Source: Methanopyrus kandleri AV19 (GTDB lineage Archaea; JAADCQ01; Methanopyri; Methanopyrales; Methanopyraceae). Taken from it: 32,000 nucleotides of DNA. The stretch's first letter is position 1. Each line of letters opens with the position of its first letter. The translations under genes were made by a program, and so were the position numbers. The DNA is taken from assembly GCF_000007185.1 (NCBI RefSeq), contig NC_003551.1, positions 750,001 through 782,000 of the forward strand. Reading direction: 5' to 3'. Shown here one piece after another: positions 23,691 to 32,000 of this stretch. A model generated the notes under the pieces. That model saw nothing but the letters and a program-made list of their open reading frames with translations. It made no database searches and was not told the origin of the DNA.

Positions 23691-24935
23691 TCACCTCAGG
23701 AACAGCCACTGCAGGTTGTGTGGTACCTTCGAGTGTTCTAAGGGCCACAGCCCGAACGGTGCCGGTGATATCAGCAGGACGAACAGGGCCACCAGCAGCA
23801 AGGCGGGTAGCCAGCTCTTGCTCTCGTCATCGTCCAAGAACGAGCGGTCGGACGGTAGTTTCGCCGTTATCTTAACCAGCACGATCACGGTCGCCACCGC
23901 TATGTGGTACCAGTGCAGCCAGCCTTGGATGAACGCCGACGCCACAGAGAACCACTTGACGGTGCGGGTATCGTAGTAATATCGCAGGATGTATCCTCCT
24001 TCGAGCGGGTACACCGGCAGGGCCGAGAGCCAGGTGATGACGAGTCCCGCCCATCCAGCCAACGTGATCGGGTTCGCGACGATTCCGAGTTCGCGCGATA
24101 GGAGCAACGTCCACGGGTTGTGCCACACGAGCATTCGGACGGGCGTATGGTCGAACGCGGAACCTAGGAGGAACATCGCGGTGGATAGTAGAAACCCGGC
24201 CACCAGACCGGCTACGCCCACCCGGCACAACGATTCAACCAGCATAGGTCGAACTTCCGAGCGAATCACCGAGGAGAATGCCCCTGGGAAGGGAGGGACC
24301 GCGAGGAAAAACGGCAGGCGCGGTCTGAGGCCTTCCACCTTCGCTACCCAGAGCTTCGCGATCTCCTTGCCGAAGTAAATCGCCGAGAACGCGAGTGCGA
24401 ACTCCACCGCGGCCCAGGTCGAGCCGAACGCCAACCATCCGCCCAAGTACGCGAATACCGGAACCGAAAGCCCCAGCAGAGCCAACCAGCCCGGCTCCTG
24501 TTCGGGAACTTCGAAACGCTGTACGACCAGCCTACCGGCCTTCCCCTCCGGTTCCGCTGTGAATTTCATCTCAGCAAGCTTCCTAGCCAGGCGATGCGCG
24601 TCTCCCTTCCGCTCGTAGTGGAAAACGACCGAACCGTCCTCCCGGACACGGAACTCCTTCACCTCGTATCCCGCACTTTCGAGGGCCCTTTCAACACTCT
24701 TAACGTCTTTATACGATGGAAACATCGACGGGTCGGCATCCGTACGGAACACGCCCTCGACTAGTAACGTCCCACCACATTTAGGGCACTTACCCTTCCG
24801 CTCGTATACTACCTCACGGTCGTGGGGTTTGAATTCGAAGTAATCGCAATTGTCACACACGAGCAAGGTTACCAGCTCATACTCCTCCTCTACCTTCTCG
24901 GCTGCCACGGGTTCCAGGGGTAACTGTCGTCTCAT
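23691..24935 (-). CDS. zinc-ribbon-fused S2P/M50 homologue with degenerate active site (KEIAK instead of HExxH)
   Basis: 414 aa. The N-terminus has CDNC...CPKC. The membrane part aligns with M50: FGKEIAKLWVAKVEG (vs HELGHxxxAxxxG), PFFLAVPPFPGAFSSVI, GVAGLVAGF (vs GxAGPxxxF) and LSALPVYPLEGGYIL (vs NLLPxxPLDGG). Confidence 0.6.
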   Translation of the reverse strand: MRRQLPLEPVAAEKVEEEYELVTLLVCDNCDYFEFKPHDREVVYERKGKCPKCGGTLLVEGVFRTDADPSMFPSYKDVKSVERALESAGYEVKEFRVREDGSVVFHYERKGDAHRLARKLAEMKFTAEPEGKAGRLVVQRFEVPEQEPGWLALLGLSVPVFAYLGGWLAFGSTWAAVEFALAFSAIYFGKEIAKLWVAKVEGLRPRLPFFLAVPPFPGAFSSVIRSEVRPMLVESLCRVGVAGLVAGFLLSTAMFLLGSAFDHTPVRMLVWHNPWTLLLSRELGIVANPITLAGWAGLVITWLSALPVYPLEGGYILRYYYDTRTVKWFSVASAFIQGWLHWYHIAVATVIVLVKITAKLPSDRSFLDDDESKSWLPALLLVALFVLLISPAPFGLWPLEHSKVPHNLQWLFLR

Positions 24936-24936
24936 T

Positions 24937-25368
24937 TCACTCCCCCACCACGGTCACGAGCAGACGACGAGATCGTGGGCCGTCTAACTCCACGAACAGC
25001 ACGGATTGCCAGGTTCCCAGTACGAGATCACCGTCGGATACGGGGATGGTGACGGAACTCCCTAGGAGTAGAGCGCGCAGGTGTGCATCGGCGTTGTTGT
25101 CGATTCTATCGTGTTCGTACCCCGCACCTTGGGGCACTAGCTCTTCAAGCTTATTAACGATATCACGGAGGAGACCCGACTCGGGCTCGTTCACGACCAC
25201 GGCCGCGGTGGTGTGCCGTGAGTACACGTGAGCGATCCCTTTCTCCACTCCGCTCTCCCTAACTTTCTCTCTGACCTGGTCGGTGACGTCGATCACCTGA
25301 ACCCTGCGTTCCGACTTGATCCTCAGCTCGGCCTGGTACACTGACAACGCCCGCACCCCGGGGGACAT
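24937..25368 (-). CDS. YjbQ/UPF0047 family protein (secondary thiamine-phosphate synthase-like)
   Basis: The motifs are VIDVTDQV, HVYSRHTTAAVVVNE, DNNADAHLRALLLG, LVLGTWQSVLFVELDGPR. I prefer the ATG at 25368 to 25407. Confidence 0.85.
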   Translation of the reverse strand: MSPGVRALSVYQAELRIKSERRVQVIDVTDQVREKVRESGVEKGIAHVYSRHTTAAVVVNEPESGLLRDIVNKLEELVPQGAGYEHDRIDNNADAHLRALLLGSSVTIPVSDGDLVLGTWQSVLFVELDGPRSRRLLVTVVGE

Positions 25369-25371
25369 CCT

Positions 25372-26106
25372 GTGGAACTGCCGTCGATGAAGCTCCCGTC
25401 GGCACACGTGGAGCCGCTGAAGCTGGCCACGGCGATCGTAATAGCCTTGCTCCTCGTGAAGATCATGGGTCGAGCGGCTCGGGCCGTTCGGGGTAAGCTC
25501 GAAGAGGAGGACTTACAGGATTTGGGGTGGTGGGTGGAGAAGACGCTCCTGTATGGTTCTTACCTCCTGGCGTTCTCGATAGTCCTCGAGTCCCTAGGGG
25601 TGAGCCTCTGGGCTCTCGTCACTGGATTAGGGCTGGCCGGAGCCGGTATCGCGGTAGCCGCCCGTGATCTTATTGCGAACCTACTAGCGGGGTTGTACCT
25701 GGCACTGGAGCGCCCCTTCGAAGTGGGTGACAGAATCCGAGTCGGTGAGTACTCAGGGGAGGTGGTTGACCTCCGAATCCGGTGCACGGTGTTGAAGTCC
25801 AGAGGTCGGAGGATAGTCATTCCCAACTCCGTTCTAGTCAACGAGACCGTGGAGAAGCTGGACGACTCCGACGAATGCGAGTTCGAGGTCGTAGTAGAGG
25901 GATCCCCGGGTGAAATCGGGCGCCGGTTGGCCGCGCTCGAAAAAGAGTTGGACTCCCTAAAGCTGAAGTATTACGAGATCTCGGTGGAACGTGTGGAGTC
26001 GGGCAGGACGCTGGTCCGGGTGCGGACGGCTGGGAAGGAAGTGGATAGTGTGCATGGGGCGGTTCGACGCGCGCTCGTGAAGAGGCCTGGCGGGACAGAC
26101 CGCTGA
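25372..26106 (+). CDS. small-conductance mechanosensitive channel (MscS family)
   Basis: The sequence has TM helices, then GLGLAGAGIAVAARDLIANLLAGLYLALERPFEVGDRIRVGEYSGEVVDLRIRCTVL...IPNS. The start is ambiguous among GTG 25372, ATG 25387 and GTG ~25405. Confidence 0.85.
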   Translation: MELPSMKLPSAHVEPLKLATAIVIALLLVKIMGRAARAVRGKLEEEDLQDLGWWVEKTLLYGSYLLAFSIVLESLGVSLWALVTGLGLAGAGIAVAARDLIANLLAGLYLALERPFEVGDRIRVGEYSGEVVDLRIRCTVLKSRGRRIVIPNSVLVNETVEKLDDSDECEFEVVVEGSPGEIGRRLAALEKELDSLKLKYYEISVERVESGRTLVRVRTAGKEVDSVHGAVRRALVKRPGGTDR

Positions 26107-26190
26107 GGGATGACGATTAACCGGGAGCCGGGAGCGGATTCCGCCCCGATCCCTTATTGTTACACAGTCCGCAACGAACCGGGGATCCGG

Positions 26191-26198
26191 TTTATAGT
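26191..26198 (+). promoter_or_regulatory. probable TATA box (TTTATAGT) upstream of ftr
   Basis: An AT-rich octamer lies ~35 nt upstream of the ftr GTG (26230). A GGGGGGAG SD-like run (26217-26224) lies between them. Confidence 0.45.
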
Positions 26199-26229
26199 TA
26201 CTTTCACTCTACTCCTCGGGGGGAGTTTG

Positions 26230-27129
26230 GTGGAGATCAACGGAGTACCTGTAGAGGACACGTTCTGTGAGGCTTTCAAAGGCTTGTACGCACGGTTCAT
26301 CGTGACGGCTGCCGACGAGCGTCCCTTGCGTGAGGCTGCTGAGAACGTCGCCGCTCTGCCGGCTACCGTCTTCGGCGAATCTGAGGCAGGCGTGGAACGC
26401 TGGTTGGACCCGGAGGAGACCCCGGACGGTCGCCCGGGGTTCGTCGCTCAGATGTGGGTGGAGTACGGTGATGACGCCGTGAAGAAACTGGAGCACGAGC
26501 TCGGGAAGCGCATACGTCAGGGTGTGCTGGTACGACCGACCACCAGGGTATTCGACGCTTGCGAGGATCCGGACGGCTACATCGACACGGAACGCCCCAT
26601 CGGCCGTTGCGCCGACGGGTACGAATACACCGACGTACGTTTCGACCGGGAGATGGTCCACGTTCCGATCATGATGGGCGAGTTCCTGATCGAGCGTCGG
26701 CTGGGGTACGCGGAAGGTGTCGCAGGGGGCTTAGTATGGCTGTTCTGCGAAGACGTCGATGCCGCGCTCGAAGCCGGTTACCGGGCCGTTGAGGCCCTGC
26801 GAGACGTAGAAGGCGTCATCACTCCCTTCAACGTCTGTGCCGCCGGTTCGAAGCCCGAAACTATCTACCCGGACATCGGTCCGACGACCAACCACCCATA
26901 CTGTCCGACCCTCCGCGATAGGATCCTCGACTCGAAGGTCCCGGAAGGTGTCGAGGCGATCCCCGAGATCGTGATCAACGGGGTCTCGCTCGACGTGGTG
27001 AAGCGAGCGATCGGAATCGCTATCGAGGCCGCCACGGAGGTTGACGGCGTCGTCAAGGTGTCCGCCGGGAACTTCGGAGGTAAACTCGGCGACTACAGGA
27101 TTCCGCTGCGGGAGTGCATTCGGGAGTGA
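26230..27129 (+). CDS. ftr: formylmethanofuran--tetrahydromethanopterin N-formyltransferase (Ftr)
   Basis: From the GTG at 26230 the sequence is (M)EINGVPVEDTFCEAFKGLYARFIVTAADE..., the hallmark Ftr N-terminus. It matches my recollection of the M. kandleri enzyme. The ORF-track start at 26110 adds 40 aa spanning the promoter. Confidence 0.95.
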   Translation: MEINGVPVEDTFCEAFKGLYARFIVTAADERPLREAAENVAALPATVFGESEAGVERWLDPEETPDGRPGFVAQMWVEYGDDAVKKLEHELGKRIRQGVLVRPTTRVFDACEDPDGYIDTERPIGRCADGYEYTDVRFDREMVHVPIMMGEFLIERRLGYAEGVAGGLVWLFCEDVDAALEAGYRAVEALRDVEGVITPFNVCAAGSKPETIYPDIGPTTNHPYCPTLRDRILDSKVPEGVEAIPEIVINGVSLDVVKRAIGIAIEAATEVDGVVKVSAGNFGGKLGDYRIPLRECIRE

Positions 27130-27132
27130 GGA

Positions 27133-28026
27133 GTGTTGGACGTAGTGGGTCTCGGCGCCCTCAACGTGGACGAGCTTCTGTACATCCCTCGAATGCCCGA
27201 ACGCGACGATTCGGTACCTGTCGAACGGAGAGTACGGCGGGGAGGGGGATCCGCGGCGAACACTATCTGTTGGCTCGCCCACCTCGGGAGAGAAGTGGGG
27301 TTCGTCGGGAAAGTCGGCAGCGATGATGCTGGGGATCTCCTACTCCGGGAGTTCGAAGAGTACGGCGTCGATACCTCCAGAGTCGTCAGGGGTGACGGAC
27401 ACAGCGGTACGGCGTTCTGTCTGGTCTCCGGAGACGATAGGAGAATCCTCGTCGATCCCGGGGTCAACGACGAGCTTCGACCGGATGAGGTCGATCTCGA
27501 TTACATCCGTAAGGCCCGCGTACTCCACACCAGCTCGTTCATCGGATTACGATCGGAGACGTCCCTAGAGACCCTGAAGCGGACCATGAAGGCGGTAGCG
27601 GACGAGCTGATGGTGACTTTCTCTCCCGCCACGATGGTCTTGCGTGGCTGGTCCTACTTGGAACCGTACTTCGAAGCCGCCGACGTCGTGTTCCTCAACG
27701 AGACGGAGGCGGTTCACTTGACGGGCGATATCGAGGAGACCCTCAATAGGCTGGCCGAACTCGTGGAAGTAACGATCGTCACCCGCGGGTCCGACCCCGC
27801 GATCGTCCAAGAAGGGACCGAGATCTCGGAAGTGGCCCCGGAGCCCGTTCCGGAGGAGGACATCGTAGATCCTACGGGGGCGGGGGATGCCTTCGCGGCC
27901 GGATTCATCGAAGGTATTCTACGGGGTGAACCGGCCGACCGGTGCTGCGAGCGCGGTCACGCGGTAGCCGCCGAGTGTCTGAGAATCGAGGGGTGCCGCC
28001 CTCCCACGGAAGGACGCTCCGAATAG
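27133..28026 (+). CDS. PfkB-family carbohydrate/nucleoside kinase (ribokinase-like)
   Basis: 297 aa with a GTG start 3 nt after the ftr stop. The motifs are GLGALNVD, GGGSAANT and DPTGAGDAFAAGF. Confidence 0.88.
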   Translation: MLDVVGLGALNVDELLYIPRMPERDDSVPVERRVRRGGGSAANTICWLAHLGREVGFVGKVGSDDAGDLLLREFEEYGVDTSRVVRGDGHSGTAFCLVSGDDRRILVDPGVNDELRPDEVDLDYIRKARVLHTSSFIGLRSETSLETLKRTMKAVADELMVTFSPATMVLRGWSYLEPYFEAADVVFLNETEAVHLTGDIEETLNRLAELVEVTIVTRGSDPAIVQEGTEISEVAPEPVPEEDIVDPTGAGDAFAAGFIEGILRGEPADRCCERGHAVAAECLRIEGCRPPTEGRSE

Positions 28027-28041
28027 TGGCTCCGAGGATAA

Positions 28042-28800
28042 TCACCTCGGGATGAAGTCCACGAGCTTGTGCACTTGCGGCAACACCCGCACGTCGGCGT
28101 TCACCAGCCCGGCTAACTCCCAAAGATCCTCGAGGTCGTGCTCAGAGCCCGTCGCCGGTTGTAGGTATATCGGTTCTACACCCAGCCGATGAAGCCCCTT
28201 CAGTGCGCTCTCAGCGTGCTGGTAACATTCCTCGTCCACCAGTACTACCTTAGCGTAAACCTCCGCGCTGATCCTCTCGAGGAACCTCAGACAACGGTCG
28301 GGAAAATCGTCCATGTTGGGTCCGTGTGACGGCAGTTTCACGTCCGCGGAAACTACATCCGCCAATTCGTCGATCAACGGAGCTCGGTCAGGTAGTGAGG
28401 CATTGGTCTCGAGCAGTACCCGGAACCCGCGTTCACGGAGCCTCTCGATCAACTCCTTCAGTGCGCCCCACGGCTGGACGAGAGGTTCTCCCCCGGTCAA
28501 CGAGACGGTTCCGAACGTGTCCTCCAGGTCCTCTAATTCCACCAGCACTTCGACGACGTCCTCCGGTCCGCATGGGACCGGGAGCTCGAGCTCCACCTCT
28601 CCGCTCACACGTCGAATCAGGGCCCTCCGGCGGCTGCTTCGGGAGGCTGGCTCGTCACAGTATGCACATCTCAGGTTACACCCTGAGAATCGGACGAACG
28701 CCTGCGGCTCCCCCACGAACTTGCCCTCTCCCTGCAGTGAGAGGAACACCTCGTACACGTTCAATCCAGGCGTCGGACGACCTCTGCCCCCTGTCCCCAT
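28042..28800 (-). CDS. queE: 7-carboxy-7-deazaguanine synthase QueE (radical SAM)
   Basis: The motifs are VYEVFLSLQGEGKFVGEPQAFVRFSGCNLRCAYCD and SLTGGEPL. The alternative TTG start at 28764 would form a TTGA overlap with the queD stop. Confidence 0.88.
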   Translation of the reverse strand: MGTGGRGRPTPGLNVYEVFLSLQGEGKFVGEPQAFVRFSGCNLRCAYCDEPASRSSRRRALIRRVSGEVELELPVPCGPEDVVEVLVELEDLEDTFGTVSLTGGEPLVQPWGALKELIERLRERGFRVLLETNASLPDRAPLIDELADVVSADVKLPSHGPNMDDFPDRCLRFLERISAEVYAKVVLVDEECYQHAESALKGLHRLGVEPIYLQPATGSEHDLEDLWELAGLVNADVRVLPQVHKLVDFIPR

Positions 28801-29369
28801 CCTTCGTCCACCCGGACGCGTAGTTCCTTCAGATTGTCACCCGCCAGCCTGCGTTCCAACTCGTCCGCTAGGTACTCCGCCAAGTCTTCGGCCGATAGTG
28901 AACGGGTAGGGATCAATACAACATCCTCCCTGGGAAACACGTAGCGCTTGCCGTCCGACAGCCGAACCGTGATCTCGTTCCCAGATTCCTCGATCTCGAA
29001 AAGTTCGGACTCGGTCGGTAACAACACCCGATGATCCAAGGGCTTTATCAGCTCTCGCACCGTGCTTTTGAGCTCGTCGAAGTCGTACACGAAGCCGTGT
29101 GGTTCCGTGCGCTCTCCGAGTAGCTCAACCGACACATGGTACGTGTGACCGTGCAAGCGACCGCACTTACCATGTCCTGGAATCACGTGGCACGCCGAAA
29201 ACCTCAGCCCTAACTCCCTACCGTCCAAATACACGCGCGGCAAGCACGCACCCCCGGCCGATGACGAGCAGCCGGAACACCGAGTGGTGACGAGCCCTGG
29301 CTTTACCGAGGCCTCGGGTCGGCGGTTAAGGCCCTCCTCATCGGCTCGGCCACCGCCGTAGGTCCTCAT
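28761..29369 (-). CDS. queD: 6-carboxy-5,6,7,8-tetrahydropterin synthase QueD (PTPS family), possibly with a 45-aa Cys-rich N-terminal extension
   Basis: The motifs are LRFSACHVIPGHGKCGRLHGHTYHV and GFVYDFDELK. The core would start at GTG 29234 (VYLDGREL). The ATG at 29369 sits ~28 nt from an AT-rich box (29394-29401), consistent with a leaderless start. Confidence 0.85.
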   Translation of the reverse strand: MRTYGGGRADEEGLNRRPEASVKPGLVTTRCSGCSSSAGGACLPRVYLDGRELGLRFSACHVIPGHGKCGRLHGHTYHVSVELLGERTEPHGFVYDFDELKSTVRELIKPLDHRVLLPTESELFEIEESGNEITVRLSDGKRYVFPREDVVLIPTRSLSAEDLAEYLADELERRLAGDNLKELRVRVDEGWGQGAEVVRRLD

Positions 29370-29434
29370 CCCCGACTCGACCGGCGAGCTAACAGTATTA
29401 ACGGTGTACCCGGGACGTTCGGGGGTGTCGGAGG

Positions 29435-31207
29435 TTGCCCGTGGTCACGATCCACTACGATAAGCTCGTGAAAATACTCGGAAGGGAAGTCTCGTTCGAG
29501 GAGCTAGCTCATAATCTCATCCCGATGCTCGGTAGCGATGTGGAGCGAATCGACGAGCGTGAAATGGTTATCGAGACAGAGTTCTTTCCGAACCGTCCCG
29601 ACCTGTACAGCGTGGAGGGTGTTGCGCGGGCACTCAAGGGATTTCTGGGGATAGAGACGGGCATACCTGAGTACAACGTTCGTCGCTCGGACGTGGAGGC
29701 ACGGGTCGAAGAGAGCGTACTCGACGCGCGCCCCTGCCTTGCGGTCGCCGTCGTCCGCGGCGTCGAGTTCGAGGACGAGCGTGACTTGGAGCACCTCATG
29801 GAGTTCCAGGAGCACCTCCACTGGGTGATAGGGAGGGACAGGAAAAAGGCTGCGATCGGTATCCACGACTTCGAAGCGGTAGAGCCACCTCTCAGGTACT
29901 TCCTCGCGGATCCGAACGACAGGTCATGGGCGTTCGAGCCACTCGACCACCCGGGCGAAGAGATGACGCCTGCCGAGGTCCTCAGACGGCACGAAAAGGG
30001 CCGGCAGTACGCTCACCTGGTGTCCGACGGGGCCCCGATCCTCGCGGACGAGGAGGGAGTGATCTCGTTCCCTCCGGTGATAAACTCGGAGCGCACCAGG
30101 GTCACGCAGGACACGACGGACCTGCTCATCGACGTGACCGGTACAGATTGGCGATCCGTGTTGGACGCGCTTCACGTGATCGTGTGCAACCTGGCCGAAC
30201 GCGGCGCGGAAATCCTTACCGTTGAGATACTGGGGGCCTACGAGCGGACGACTCCAACGATGGAACTCGATGTATGGGACGTTCCCGTGAGCGAGGCTCG
30301 GAAACTGTTGGGGATCGATCTCTCCGGCGAGCAGCTGGAGGAGCTGCTGGAACGCGCTCGGCACGGGGCGATCTTCGTTCCCGAGGGTGAGCGTGAGCTC
30401 CGGGAGTACCCGCTCCCGGATGTGTACCACATCGAGGCTGATTGGCGTGAGATCCCTCCGATACTCTACGAGGAGGACGTGGTACGGGTCTTCGTAGGGC
30501 CCCGGCGGACGAACATCCTTCACGAGTGGGACCTGATCGAAGACGCGGGGATCATGTACAATTACGACCGGTTCGAGCCCACGGTACCCGACTTCTACAC
30601 GCCATCACGTGCCGATAGGGAGCGCGAATTCATCAACGTCGTGCGTGATACCCTCGCGAGGATGAAGTTCGTCGAGGTGAACTCCCTGACTCTCATCAGT
30701 CCAGAAGAGAACTATCGGAAAATGCGCCTCGAACCGGACGGCCGCGCGGTGAAGTTAGCTAATCCGATTCAGAAGGAGTACACGATCGTACGAACGTGGA
30801 TCCTCCCGTCTCTGATGCGTTTCCTCGCGGACAACAAGCACCGTCCGTATCCGCAACGGGTGTTCGAGCTCGGGGAGGTGATCGAACGGGACGAGGACGC
30901 GGAGACCGGTGCCAAGGACCGGTGGAAACTGGCGCTGGCGATCGCCGGCCCCGGTGTGGGCTTCTCCGAGATTAAGTCCGTGGTGGAGGCACTACTGCGC
31001 GAACTGGACGTCACCGGGTGGGAGATTACCGAGAGAAAACACCGATCATTTATTAATGGAAGGTGCGCCGCCGTACTCGCCGACGGGCGGGAGCTGGGTT
31101 TCTTCGGTGAAATTCATCCCGAAGTACTGACTGAGTTCGACCTCGAGGTGCCCGTAGTGGGTGGGGAGTTCGACGTCGCGGCCCTTAGAACGGCCGCCGG
31201 GTGGTGA
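29435..31207 (+). CDS. pheT: phenylalanine--tRNA ligase beta subunit (archaeal type)
   Basis: 590 aa. The sequence reads PVVTIHYDKLVKILG..., FFPNRPDLYSVEGVARAL, and a C-terminal catalytic-like fold (NPIQKEYTIVRTWILPSL). The alternatives are TTG 29435 or GTG 29441, which has GGAGG 6 nt upstream. Confidence 0.93.
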   Translation: MPVVTIHYDKLVKILGREVSFEELAHNLIPMLGSDVERIDEREMVIETEFFPNRPDLYSVEGVARALKGFLGIETGIPEYNVRRSDVEARVEESVLDARPCLAVAVVRGVEFEDERDLEHLMEFQEHLHWVIGRDRKKAAIGIHDFEAVEPPLRYFLADPNDRSWAFEPLDHPGEEMTPAEVLRRHEKGRQYAHLVSDGAPILADEEGVISFPPVINSERTRVTQDTTDLLIDVTGTDWRSVLDALHVIVCNLAERGAEILTVEILGAYERTTPTMELDVWDVPVSEARKLLGIDLSGEQLEELLERARHGAIFVPEGERELREYPLPDVYHIEADWREIPPILYEEDVVRVFVGPRRTNILHEWDLIEDAGIMYNYDRFEPTVPDFYTPSRADREREFINVVRDTLARMKFVEVNSLTLISPEENYRKMRLEPDGRAVKLANPIQKEYTIVRTWILPSLMRFLADNKHRPYPQRVFELGEVIERDEDAETGAKDRWKLALAIAGPGVGFSEIKSVVEALLRELDVTGWEITERKHRSFINGRCAAVLADGRELGFFGEIHPEVLTEFDLEVPVVGGEFDVAALRTAAGW

Positions 31208-31210
31208 CAC

Positions 31211-32000
31211 TTGGAGCAGATAGTGAAGAACGCGCTGGAGCGCGTCGAACGAGAGCAGGGGGGCGACGACCCGCCGTCGTCCCGGGGGACCGACGACGAT
31301 CAGGAGTTGATGGAAGTCCTTGAGCGGGCCCGGGCCAGGATACTCGTAGTCGGTGTGGGGGGAGCCGGCAACAACACCGCTACTAGGCTCAAAGAGGAAG
31401 GTATCGGAGGCGCCGAGGTAATAGCGATTAACACCGACGCTCAGGACCTCGTTTCGTGTAAGGCCGACCGGAAAGTGCTCATCGGGTACGAGCTGACCCG
31501 AGGATTGGGTGCCGGTGGTGACCCGCGCGTCGGCGAAGAGGCGGCTAAGGAGGACATGGAGAAGATCAAAGAGGTCGTCGAGGGCGCTGACATGGTGTTC
31601 GTCACCTGCGGTCTCGGCGGTGGCACCGGCACGGGAGCGGCACCGATCATCGCCGAAGTCGCCCGCAAGGAGGGAGCGCTCACGATCGGCGTTGTCACGC
31701 TCCCGTTCTCGGTCGAAGGTAGGAGGAGGATAGAGAACGCCCTTGAGGGTTTGGAACGGTTGAGGCAGGTGGCCGATACGTGCATAGTCATCCCTAACGA
31801 CCGCTTGTTAGAGATAGTCCCGGACCTCCCCATCGCGGCAGCTTTCAAGGTGGCGGATGAAGTCCTCATCAACGCCGTGAAAGGAATCACCGAGATGATC
31901 ACACAGCCCGGTCTCATGAATCTCGACTTCGCCGACGTGAGAGCCGTGATGGAGAACGGAGGTTTCGCCCTGATAGGCATAGGCGAAGCCGAGAACGATT
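31211..32000 (+). CDS. ftsZ: cell division protein FtsZ (5' part, runs off the window)
   Basis: The frame is open from TTG 31211 (or GTG 31223) to the window end. The motifs are [32 protein letters not shown] and [12 protein letters not shown]. It is absent from the ORF track because there is no stop in the window. Confidence 0.95.
   Translation, partial: MEQIVKNALERVEREQGGDDPPSSRGTDDDQELMEVLERARARILVVGVGGAGNNTATRLKEEGIGGAEVIAINTDAQDLVSCKADRKVLIGYELTRGLGAGGDPRVGEEAAKEDMEKIKEVVEGADMVFVTCGLGGGTGTGAAPIIAEVARKEGALTIGVVTLPFSVEGRRRIENALEGLERLRQVADTCIVIPNDRLLEIVPDLPIAAAFKVADEVLINAVKGITEMITQPGLMNLDFADVRAVMENGGFALIGIGEAEND

Noticed and set aside
1-32000. CRISPR arrays, transposases/integrases, prophage or defence-island content, and rRNA/tRNA genes.
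   Set aside because: I saw no repeat-spacer periodicity, no recombinase- or nuclease-like ORFs, and no compositional break. The window reads as core chromosomal housekeeping and methanogen-specific genes.

Overview
High-GC (~60%) archaeal chromosomal window with about 95% coding density. It is almost certainly Methanopyrus kandleri or a very close relative. The inference rests on three things: the Ftr protein matches my recollection of M. kandleri Ftr, the proteins are strongly E/D/R/V-rich, and methanogen-only marker genes are present. I support about 33 protein genes. They are: purQ-purS-purC; a FIST-domain protein; a five-gene chain joined by 4-nt start/stop overlaps (uncharacterised protein, methanogenesis markers 2 and 3, a B12-binding radical SAM enzyme, tyrA); F420-dependent sulfite reductase (fsr) divergent from a TrmB-like regulator plus a small sulfite-reductase-like protein; aTrm56; a metallophosphoesterase; two S2P/M50-like membrane proteins, one with intact HELGH and one with the zinc ligands replaced; a DUF62 SAM hydrolase; nnr; an ABC-ATPase / G3E-GTPase / RnfB-type Fe-S trio; DUF89; yjbQ; mscS; ftr; a PfkB kinase; queE-queD; pheT; and the 5' part of ftsZ. 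I found no rRNA, tRNA, CRISPR array or mobile element. Five observations deserve a second look. (1) An in-frame TGA splits an otherwise intact ABC-ATPase gene that heads a tightly coupled putative metallocentre-maturation trio. (2) A candidate box C/D sRNA lies in the purS-purQ spacer, and one guide looks complementary to 16S rRNA. (3) A perfect 20-bp palindrome supplies an SD plus TTG start to two divergent genes. (4) The fsr / regulator / small Dsr-like locus shares one symmetric TATA box. (5) One S2P homologue carries KEIAK in place of HExxH and is fused to a zinc ribbon. All family assignments come from motif recognition by eye; no database search was run.
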